A stretch of DNA of 64,000 bases from a virus. Positions 56,212 through 64,000 of this stretch are shown piece after piece (the stretch's first letter is position 1; each line of letters starts with the position of its first letter). Below the pieces are notes generated by a model, which saw nothing but the letters and a program-made list of their open reading frames with translations, was not told the origin of the DNA and did not search any database. A program made the translations under genes and the position numbers. Location: positions 32,001 through 96,000 of IMG/VR virus record IMGVR_UViG_3300042402_003577; one strand, given 5' to 3'.

Positions 56212-58242
56212 ATGGCAAACTACATAATCACAAAAAATAAACTTTTCTTTGAGAAAATAGGGGAGTACAATTACTGTAATCTTGAAGATATGCAACTCAC
56301 TGAGATAATAGCTGTAGATACAGAGACCACTTCTCTATCTGCATTTGAAGGGGAAATATTTGCAATACAAATTGGGACAGGATCAAATAATTATCTAATT
56401 GATCTTCAGAATCACAAAAAAAATAAAATATTCTTAGAAGAAGTTGTTCCTTATATTTTAGAAAAGGTTATGGTATTCCATAATAGTGCATTCGATTTGA
56501 GTTTCTTCTTTATAAAGAATTACTTTCCAAAAAGAGTGGGAGACACAATGTTGGCATCTATGATTTTACACAATGGAGAATTTGGAGTTTCACATTCTTT
56601 TAAAAATTGTATGGAAAGAGAGCTTGGTATTATATACGACAAAACAGAGCAAGCTAATATATCTAAGGTTCAGCTATCCCAGCCTTCAACAATTGAATAT
56701 TGCTTTAATGATGTTGATAGACTGTTGGATTTACATAATAATTTAGTACTTAAACTCAAGGAGTATGAAGCCATAGATTCTTATAAATTACATTGTAGAC
56801 ATATCAGGGCCCTTACATACATGGAGCTATGTGGCCTTCCAATATCAAAGGATAGATGGAAATTAAAAATGGATAGAGATTACTCTCAATACAAAAAATG
56901 TGAAAGAGAAATTATTGATTATATTTTTGACAATATGCCCCAATATAGAGATTTACAATTAGATATGTTTAGCGATGAAAAGAAAATAAATTGTCTACTA
57001 AGTTCTCCTAAACAAATGATAAATGTATTTAAAGACTTAGGTATAAAGGTAACTTATAAAGAAAAAGGAGAGATAAAAGAAAGCTTAGAAAAAGGAGTTA
57101 TATCTAAGTCCGACCATGAGTTTGTAAAAATTTGGCTTAAATATAAGGAAGTTGAGCACAATGTAACCACTTTTGGGGAGGGTATTTATTCTAAAATAAG
57201 AGATGGAAGAGTCTATACACATTTCAAGCCTATTATAGATACGGCAAGAATTGCTTCTAGAAAAGGAGAGATCAATTTTTTAAACTTTCCCGCCAACAAA
57301 GAAACAAGAGAATGCTTTGAAGCAAATGAAGGATTTGACATTATCGTAGCTGACTATGCAGGACAAGAAACAGTTGTTGGTGCCGACATTACAGGAGATA
57401 AAGCCATGATTGCTTCCATAGTGGAAGGGAAAGACCTACACTGTGCTTTTGCCAGAGTACTCTACCCAGAATTGGCGGACCTTTCTGATGAAGAAATTAT
57501 AAAAGATCATAAAGCTAAACGTAATGCCTCTAAGGCCCCGCGATTTTGTTTTCAGTTTGGAGGTACAGGATTTACTTTAGCAGAGAATGAAGGGCTTTCC
57601 TTGGAAGAAGGAGAACGTATTGAAAAATTATTTAAAGAACTTCATTATGGGGTTTATTACTACGGGGAGACTAAACTTCAGGAAGCCTTAGAACTAGGGT
57701 ATATTCAATATGCAATGGGCTTTAAATTAAAGCTACCAATGTTTGATATTTTCAAAGAAAAAGATGATAAGATTTCAAATTTAGATAGAAATTTTTGGAA
57801 TAAATATCGTATGGGAAAGCAAGAACATTTAAGATGCGAGAAAGCTAAGGAAAGAGGCAAGGTATATGCTATAGCAGATATGGAGGCATATAATTGCTTT
57901 AATGCCAATAAACTTATGATGAAAGACTATTTCAGCTTAAAGTCTCAGTATATGAGATTATGCTTAAATGCACCTACACAAGGAACTGCGGCCCATCAAA
58001 CTAAAATGGCTACAGTATTGTTATTTAATGAAATTGAAAAAAACAATGACTATTGGAAAGCAAGGATAGCAAATGTAATACATGATGAGATAGTTCTGGA
58101 GACTGAAACACCCCTGTCAGAAAAATATGCTAGAATACTAGAAAAAAGTATGATAGAGGGAGGTAATATATTTCTAAATAATCCTGTATTATTTATGAGT
58201 GCGGAAGCCAATATTGGAAAATCATGGTATGAATCCAAATAA
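56212..58242 (+). CDS. polA: DNA polymerase, family A, with 3'-5' exonuclease
   Basis: DTETT, HNSAFD, DYAGQE, R...K...F...FG, HDE. Confidence 0.93.
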   Translation: MANYIITKNKLFFEKIGEYNYCNLEDMQLTEIIAVDTETTSLSAFEGEIFAIQIGTGSNNYLIDLQNHKKNKIFLEEVVPYILEKVMVFHNSAFDLSFFFIKNYFPKRVGDTMLASMILHNGEFGVSHSFKNCMERELGIIYDKTEQANISKVQLSQPSTIEYCFNDVDRLLDLHNNLVLKLKEYEAIDSYKLHCRHIRALTYMELCGLPISKDRWKLKMDRDYSQYKKCEREIIDYIFDNMPQYRDLQLDMFSDEKKINCLLSSPKQMINVFKDLGIKVTYKEKGEIKESLEKGVISKSDHEFVKIWLKYKEVEHNVTTFGEGIYSKIRDGRVYTHFKPIIDTARIASRKGEINFLNFPANKETRECFEANEGFDIIVADYAGQETVVGADITGDKAMIASIVEGKDLHCAFARVLYPELADLSDEEIIKDHKAKRNASKAPRFCFQFGGTGFTLAENEGLSLEEGERIEKLFKELHYGVYYYGETKLQEALELGYIQYAMGFKLKLPMFDIFKEKDDKISNLDRNFWNKYRMGKQEHLRCEKAKERGKVYAIADMEAYNCFNANKLMMKDYFSLKSQYMRLCLNAPTQGTAAHQTKMATVLLFNEIEKNNDYWKARIANVIHDEIVLETETPLSEKYARILEKSMIEGGNIFLNNPVLFMSAEANIGKSWYESK

Positions 58243-58257
58243 ATTAAACTTAAAGTT

Positions 58258-58680
58258 ATGAGAAGAAAAACAGTAAAAAAATCAGACACTCCTACTCCTA
58301 GGAAGAAGAAAAAAGTAGTAAACCCCAGAGTAGTAAGAGAATATTGCGGAGGCACAATGACTAAAGCGGCCTTCTTTGGGGCCATAAGAGCTTTTTTAAG
58401 ACAAAGATGGTTATATTCTTGTCCTTTTAGAAAAGAGATACTTAAAAGAGCTTATTCTGCCTTATTAAAAAAATGGCAATGCAATGATTGTAAAAAAATG
58501 TTCTTAAAGAAAGAGGTGGAAGTTAACCACATTGAACCCTGTGGTAGCTTGAGAGATTACCACGAAATAAAAGCATTTCACGACAGGTTATTTGTAGAGG
58601 ATATAAGTAAGCTAGAGGTGCTTTGTAAAGATTGTCACAAAAAATTTACAGAAAAAAATAAAATAACTATTGACATTTAA
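58258..58680 (+). CDS. HNH-type/Zn-finger endonuclease
   Basis: C..C, EVNHI.PCG, LEVLCKDCH. Confidence 0.7.
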   Translation: MRRKTVKKSDTPTPRKKKKVVNPRVVREYCGGTMTKAAFFGAIRAFLRQRWLYSCPFRKEILKRAYSALLKKWQCNDCKKMFLKKEVEVNHIEPCGSLRDYHEIKAFHDRLFVEDISKLEVLCKDCHKKFTEKNKITIDI

Positions 58681-58726
58681 TAAAAATGTATTAATTTTGC
58701 ATCAGATTAAAAAACAAAGGGAAAAT

Positions 58727-59221
58727 ATGAATTACGAAGAAATGGGAAAATTAGTTATTAATCTTCCCCAACTAAAAATTATCCAATCTTTAATAAAGAA
58801 AGGGTTTATTAGAAGTTTACATACTGAAAAATTAGATAATACTGATCCTTCAAATTTTGAAATAACAGAGTTTGGTAAAGCTATTCTTAATGGAGAAAAA
58901 TATCAAACTCTTGTTTCTGAAGAATTCTTAGAGGAATATATGAGATTGTTTAGTAAACAAAATTTACAAGGAATAAATAAAAAAGCCTTTAGTCCTAAAA
59001 ATAAAGTTTTATCTAAGTTAGAATCTTTTATGAGAAAATATAAAGTTTCTAGTAGTGAAATACTTCAAGCGGTTGATTACTATCATCAAAATGCAGACGA
59101 TATTCGTTATACATTAGATGCCCAGTATTTTATTGAAAAAGACGGAGGAAGTTTATTGATAGATACTATTAATGAAATGAAAGAAGGAATATTTAGTAAC
59201 CAAGATAAACTCGTATTTTAA
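58727..59221 (+). CDS. Hypothetical replication-associated protein
   Basis: Coupled to DnaB; promoter TTGACA 58670 and TAATTTTG 58692 suggest ATG 58727. Confidence 0.45.
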   Translation: MNYEEMGKLVINLPQLKIIQSLIKKGFIRSLHTEKLDNTDPSNFEITEFGKAILNGEKYQTLVSEEFLEEYMRLFSKQNLQGINKKAFSPKNKVLSKLESFMRKYKVSSSEILQAVDYYHQNADDIRYTLDAQYFIEKDGGSLLIDTINEMKEGIFSNQDKLVF

Positions 59222-60345
59222 TGGATATTGTAAAAGTAATAGAAGAAAGCAGGGATTCATTAATACAAGGACATATTAATTCTATTCCTATGCCATTCAA
59301 CGGCACAAGAAAAGCATTTAGTGGTATATTTCCAGGTGCTATGGTTTGTATTACCGCTGAAACATCTGTGGGTAAAACGTCTTTGGCAAAGTATATATAT
59401 TTATTTAGTGTTGCGGATTATATTTTAGACGATCCTTCTTTTAAGTATTTTAACTATAAATGTCTATGGTTTGGTTTAGAAGAATCCGAGGAAGAATTTC
59501 ATATCAGTATCCTTCAATATGCAATTGCTAAATACTACCATAAAAATTGCACACAGGATGAACTATTGAGCAGAATAGATCCTATTTCAGAAGAAATAAT
59601 TTCTATGATAAAATCAGATCCTGTTCAAAAATACTTCAACACTGTAAAGGATTTTACTAAATTTGACGATCATACTGGACATGCTACAGGTATTTATAAA
59701 ACTTGCCAAGAATATTCAAAAGAAATAGGAGAGCACCATTATAAAGAAAAAGAAATTAGTGGAGGAAAAAAAATTAATGTTTATAGCCATTACACGCAAA
59801 ATGATCCTAATGCAATAGTGACAATAGTTATAGATAACGTAAACATTTTGGAATTAGAAAAAAATGAGCTAGGAATGTCTCTTGACCTTTCAGGATGTAT
59901 AGATAGACTTGTAAATACCTACATGAGAAAACAAGTTTCAAAGCATTGGAAATGGCATGTATGCTGTGTACAACAACAGCAAATGGCCGCAGGAGATTTG
60001 AATCACTTTAAAGCAGGCAAGCTTGAACCAGAACCACAGAAGCTAGGAGATAATATCAAAGTGGCAAGATCTTACCAAGTTATAATAGGTTTGTTTTCTC
60101 CATATAAACATAAGATGACAAATTACTATAAGTATCAGATTTTAAACTCTGACAGAACTGACGGATTTGAAGAATGCTTTAGAACTATTCACATTTGTAA
60201 AAACAGATTTGGTAGAACAGGAGTTGCAGAACCTCTATTCTTCAACCCCAAAGGCTTTAGTTTTTTTAGTATGCCAAAACATGATGACACCCAAAATTTA
60301 AACCAATTATTAACCTATAAAAAAACAATTTTAAAAGATGAGTAA
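59221..60345 (+). CDS. DnaB-like replicative helicase
   Basis: AETSVGKT, LEE, VIDN, QQ, KNRFG. Confidence 0.8.
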   Translation: MDIVKVIEESRDSLIQGHINSIPMPFNGTRKAFSGIFPGAMVCITAETSVGKTSLAKYIYLFSVADYILDDPSFKYFNYKCLWFGLEESEEEFHISILQYAIAKYYHKNCTQDELLSRIDPISEEIISMIKSDPVQKYFNTVKDFTKFDDHTGHATGIYKTCQEYSKEIGEHHYKEKEISGGKKINVYSHYTQNDPNAIVTIVIDNVNILELEKNELGMSLDLSGCIDRLVNTYMRKQVSKHWKWHVCCVQQQQMAAGDLNHFKAGKLEPEPQKLGDNIKVARSYQVIIGLFSPYKHKMTNYYKYQILNSDRTDGFEECFRTIHICKNRFGRTGVAEPLFFNPKGFSFFSMPKHDDTQNLNQLLTYKKTILKDE

Positions 60346-61069
60346 TTTAACATTGCCAACACAAAAGATTCCAGCATCAGTTGTGAATCCAAGAACAATG
60401 GTTATTTTTAGCCAGAAAAAGACAGGGAAAACCCATGCACTCAGTGAGTTGGAGGGTAATCTCATTATTAACTTCGAGCATGGTGCCGATTTCTATGAAT
60501 CCATGAGGATTAACATAGACTCATTGCAACAGTTTGATGAATTAGCCCAGCTTTTCCACAAAGAAAAGCCTCATTACAAGTTTATTACACTTGATACGGT
60601 TACTTCTTTGAAAGAGAAACTATTGAATCAATTAGCAGTGAGAACCTATAACAAAGATACAGGCAAAAGTGAGGCCGCTGACTTTGATATTGATAGATTG
60701 GAGTATGGAAAGGGCCAAGTATATAAAAGAGAAGCCTTGTTTAAAATCATGGAGTTCTTTACAAGATTTTGCGATACGCTTATTATTGTAGGACACGTTG
60801 CAGATAAGTCAATATCTACTTCAGGACAAACAATTAAAGAATTGAACCTTGAAGGTAAGTTGAAAGATTTACTTGCTCTAAGAGTAGATGCAATTGGTTA
60901 CATGTATAGAAATACAGAAAAACCTAATATAAATATGCTTTCATTTATCCACTCTGAAGAAATTGTAGGAGGAACAAGATGTAAGCATCTTAGAAATAAG
61001 GAATTTGAAATCTCAGAACTTATCAACGATGATAAACTAGAGACACATTGGGAAAAGATTTTTATTTAA
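60338..61069 (+). CDS. AAA_24/Sak4-like ATPase
   Basis: KKTGKT, LDTVT, IVGH, DAIGY. Confidence 0.75.
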   Translation: MSNLTLPTQKIPASVVNPRTMVIFSQKKTGKTHALSELEGNLIINFEHGADFYESMRINIDSLQQFDELAQLFHKEKPHYKFITLDTVTSLKEKLLNQLAVRTYNKDTGKSEAADFDIDRLEYGKGQVYKREALFKIMEFFTRFCDTLIIVGHVADKSISTSGQTIKELNLEGKLKDLLALRVDAIGYMYRNTEKPNINMLSFIHSEEIVGGTRCKHLRNKEFEISELINDDKLETHWEKIFI

Positions 61070-61113
61070 TAACACACACAAACAATATTTTTTAATTTTT
61101 AAAACAATTTAAC

Positions 61114-61962
61114 ATGAACAGTAATGTCAAAATTTCAACTGGCGGAGGTGCCAAAAAATTATTCTACGGAGTATCTACCTTTATTCCTAGTATGATTAAC
61201 CCAAACAAATCTACCCTATCTGAATTCTTAGGTAGAGATTTGGAAAAAGAACCTGAATATCTAACTACAAAAGATTTAGATGGAAAACAAGTGAGAGTAT
61301 TAAAGCTTGATATTTGGGGAACTCTTCCACAAGCCGAAAACACAAAAACAAAGATTACATTTTGGTTAGAAGCTAGACACGATATTTCAAGAAGTGGAAA
61401 GCAAAAATACATTAATGGCCAAGGTCTTACTTCCTACAATGAAGATCCTTCCGTTATGAATAAAAACAAAATGTGGTACTACGGGGAAAACCAAAGAAAA
61501 GCTATGGTTGGGGAAGACACTGTAGTGGATTTTTTCATCAACTTGAAAAACTGGGAAACTGATTTGTCAAAATACACTATGAGAGATGGAGATGTTCCAA
61601 GTATTTTCCTCCCATTAGAGAAATTGTTTAAGCAAGATTATTCTGACATCAATCCTTTATTTGAAGAGGGAAGAGGAATAAGAGTTTATGTAGGTATTCG
61701 TTCAAGTGAAAGCAACGGAAAAACATATTATGATATGGATATTTACACAAAGGCTTTCATAAAAGATTACCCAGGAGCTAAAAACTTTGATAAAATTATC
61801 AATGCTCTAAAAGGAGAGTATTCTTCTTTCAAAAAGAATATCGCCCCTATTACAGCTAATTTCTTAGAGTTTGACCCAAATGAATTAATGTCAGAAGAGG
61901 CAGATATGACAATGACTTCTGCTTCAAATGACATGGGATTTTCAGATGACCTTCCATTTTAA
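61114..61962 (+). CDS. Single-stranded DNA-binding protein (putative)
   Basis: Acidic C-terminal tail ending DDLPF; position. Confidence 0.6.
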   Translation: MNSNVKISTGGGAKKLFYGVSTFIPSMINPNKSTLSEFLGRDLEKEPEYLTTKDLDGKQVRVLKLDIWGTLPQAENTKTKITFWLEARHDISRSGKQKYINGQGLTSYNEDPSVMNKNKMWYYGENQRKAMVGEDTVVDFFINLKNWETDLSKYTMRDGDVPSIFLPLEKLFKQDYSDINPLFEEGRGIRVYVGIRSSESNGKTYYDMDIYTKAFIKDYPGAKNFDKIINALKGEYSSFKKNIAPITANFLEFDPNELMSEEADMTMTSASNDMGFSDDLPF

Positions 61963-61971
61963 TCAATAATT

Positions 61972-62976
61972 ATGTTCACTTTAGATCAACAGAGCGATAT
62001 ATGGAGAAACTATTTTGGAAGTTGGGAAGCCAAGGGCACCTATAGTAATCCTTTAAGATCAGACAAATCACCAAAATGCTATTTTAAGGTTATTAATGAT
62101 AAGATTTTATTCATAGATTGGGCCAATCATCCTACACATTCTGACTGCATTTCTTTTGTATCGCAAAAGTATAACTTAACTAATAAAGAAGCTATTACAA
62201 AAATAAATTATGATTTAAAGTACACTAATAGAGTGAAAGGAGGGTTTTCAGGAGAAAACAAAGGGGTGGCAGTAACACCCCTTTCTTCTTCTCCCGCTAT
62301 CAATACATACACTCAACAAGTAGAAGAGAAGATAAATTATTCTGTAATAAAGAAACCCTTCTTTGCAAAGGAAGATATTAACTACTGGAAAAAATTTGGT
62401 ATAACAGAGGCTATATTAAAAAAATATGATGTATGTCCTGTAAAATTCGTTTTAAGAAATGGAATATTAAACTATTCTAGTAGCGAGTATAATCCTATAT
62501 TTGGTTACTACCAACACAATCAACTTTTTAAAGTGTATAATCCCATAGGGCTTCCTATGCAAAAGTGGAGAACAATTAAAGCAGTGCTAGAGGGGTTCCC
62601 TCAACTTGAATATAAAACAAATGTATGCTTTATCACTTCTTCTTTAAAGGACACTATGTGCTTAGATTCTTTAGGATATGATGCGTTTAATCTGCCTTCA
62701 GAAAACAGTTACAAAATATTGCTACCTATAATTGACGAATTATTTAGTAAGTTTGATCAGGTTTATGTATATTTGAACAATGATGAAGCTGGCAAGAAAT
62801 TCTCGAGACTATTGACTTTAGAAATTGATAACAGATTAAAGTATATTAACAATCCTTCCGATTGGAGGCAAACAGATCCTTCTGATGTTATAAAAGAGTT
62901 AGGAGTTGAGCCTTTAAGAGAAGTTATAAAAGAAAAATTTTCAAGAGACAATGTTATTTTAATAAATAAAAATTAA
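61972..62976 (+). CDS. DNA primase (crAss-type DnaG/TOPRIM)
   Basis: NPLR.D..P.C, TSSLKD, SE, NNDEAG, DPSD. Confidence 0.8.
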   Translation: MFTLDQQSDIWRNYFGSWEAKGTYSNPLRSDKSPKCYFKVINDKILFIDWANHPTHSDCISFVSQKYNLTNKEAITKINYDLKYTNRVKGGFSGENKGVAVTPLSSSPAINTYTQQVEEKINYSVIKKPFFAKEDINYWKKFGITEAILKKYDVCPVKFVLRNGILNYSSSEYNPIFGYYQHNQLFKVYNPIGLPMQKWRTIKAVLEGFPQLEYKTNVCFITSSLKDTMCLDSLGYDAFNLPSENSYKILLPIIDELFSKFDQVYVYLNNDEAGKKFSRLLTLEIDNRLKYINNPSDWRQTDPSDVIKELGVEPLREVIKEKFSRDNVILINKN

Positions 62977-62981
62977 TAAAA

Positions 62982-63431
62982 ATGATAGTAAAAATAAAAA
63001 AATTAAATGAACTTGCAGTAATACCTTCTTACGGAAAACCAGGTGATGCTGGAATGGACCTGACTTGCACGGAAGCTCTTTTAGATGCTTCAGGGTGCTA
63101 TGTTTACAAAACAGGATTAGCTGTAGAAATACCTGAAGGATTTTTTGGTCTACTGGTGCCAAGATCTTCTGTAGCAAAAAAATCTCTAATACTCACCAAT
63201 CACGCAGGAATCTTAGATTCAGGGTATAGAGGAGAAATTATGTTTAAATACAAACCTAATTACCAATACTTCTTACAAAGCGAAGAAATAAAAAATGAAC
63301 AAATTTATTTAAAGGGCGAGAGAGTGGGACAATTAATAATTATGCCTTACCCTGAAGTGGAGTGGGAAGTTGTTGATGAACTTTCTGATTCTGATAGAGG
63401 AGCTGGTGGCTATGGCAGTACGGGTATTTAA
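62982..63431 (+). CDS. dut: dUTPase (trimeric)
   Basis: AGMDL, PRSS, GILDSGYRGE, RGAGGYGSTG. Confidence 0.95.
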   Translation: MIVKIKKLNELAVIPSYGKPGDAGMDLTCTEALLDASGCYVYKTGLAVEIPEGFFGLLVPRSSVAKKSLILTNHAGILDSGYRGEIMFKYKPNYQYFLQSEEIKNEQIYLKGERVGQLIIMPYPEVEWEVVDELSDSDRGAGGYGSTGI

Positions 63432-63449
63432 TAAACTAAAAAATAAATT

Positions 63450-63860
63450 ATGAGCACTATAAGTATAACAAATAGAAATAATTCTTACAAAGAAATTATA
63501 AAGGATCTAGGACTAAAACAACAGCAAGTTTTTAATTGCTTAAAAGAATCTGGAAATCTGTCTAGTGAAGATATAAAAGAAATCTTAAAACTAAGAGACA
63601 AATGCTCTGTAACAGGGAGACTAAAAGAACTGGAAGAAAGATGTCTTATTACCGCAGTAGGTAGTAGAGAAGGAAAGACAATGTACTCAATAAATAATGA
63701 GGCTACGGCCCTTATTACTAGAAGTAGTAACAAAAAAAATTATGAAAATACATTGGTTGAATTGGAAAAAGACATTCAAAAAGATTTATCTCCTGTAGCT
63801 TTGGAGATTATAGGGACTAGAATATCAAAGCTAAAAAAATTAATTACAATTGTTTCTTAA
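63450..63860 (+). CDS. wHTH DNA-binding protein
   Basis: QQQVF..L....LS..DI...L...SVTGRL.ELE. Confidence 0.6.
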   Translation: MSTISITNRNNSYKEIIKDLGLKQQQVFNCLKESGNLSSEDIKEILKLRDKCSVTGRLKELEERCLITAVGSREGKTMYSINNEATALITRSSNKKNYENTLVELEKDIQKDLSPVALEIIGTRISKLKKLITIVS

Positions 63861-63898
63861 AAAATCACTATCTTTACACAAAATTAAAATTATTTATT

Positions 63899-64000
63899 AT
63901 GACACTATTTGAATGCACGCTATTATTAACTAACACATTAGCGTTAGCCACAATTTATTATCTCCTTAGAGCTAATAAAAAAATTAATAAACAATACAGA
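63899..64000 (+). CDS. Partial membrane protein (runs off window)
   Basis: MTLFECTLLLTNTLALATIYYLLRANKK... Confidence 0.4.
   Translation, partial: MTLFECTLLLTNTLALATIYYLLRANKKINKQYR

Noticed and set aside
1-64000. Stop-codon reassignment as in some gut crAss-like phages
   Set aside because: Long genes (TerL, portal, MCP, PolA) are intact under the standard code, and TAG/TGA act as stops at sensible gene ends

Overview
AT-rich, roughly 64 kb segment of a crAss-like (Crassvirales-type) phage genome, probably from an environmental Bacteroidota/Flavobacteriia host, judging by the many TAnnTTTG promoter boxes and A-rich leaders without Shine-Dalgarno sites. It uses the standard genetic code. The left arm (1-39.0 kb, minus strand) is the late/structural module: TerL, portal, scaffold, major capsid, tail ring/stabilisation proteins, many Cys-rich fibre/spike proteins, PhoH, a lysis cassette and a metallophosphoesterase. 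Upstream of TerL are accessory genes (SET-domain, ClpP-like, DUF1573-like, GroES-like, HU/IHF-like, RepL-like, HNH). A 1.2 kb G/C-skewed non-coding junction (39.0-40.2 kb) separates it from the plus-strand arm. That arm carries an array of small repeat-flanked early genes, an SLT, a MoxR AAA/partner pair and replication genes (SF2 helicase, PD-(D/E)XK nuclease, PolA, DnaB, Sak4-like ATPase, SSB, primase, dUTPase). The most notable signals are non-coding: (i) a ~310-nt multi-helix RNA with its own promoter, next to a small RNA whose 5' end is antisense to it (4.66-5.18 kb); (ii) a canonical hammerhead ribozyme between early genes (41197-41248); (iii) a block with a tRNA-like element lacking a normal anticodon arm, a second structured RNA and an HNH gene abutting a tRNA 3' remnant (36.2-37.3 kb); (iv) a degenerate tRNA-Met behind the capsid gene; and (v) three early promoters with phased 21-bp-spaced repeats, plus a stand-alone RNAP alpha-CTD-like gene. 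All protein calls come from motif recognition and synteny only. No database searches or folding programs were run.
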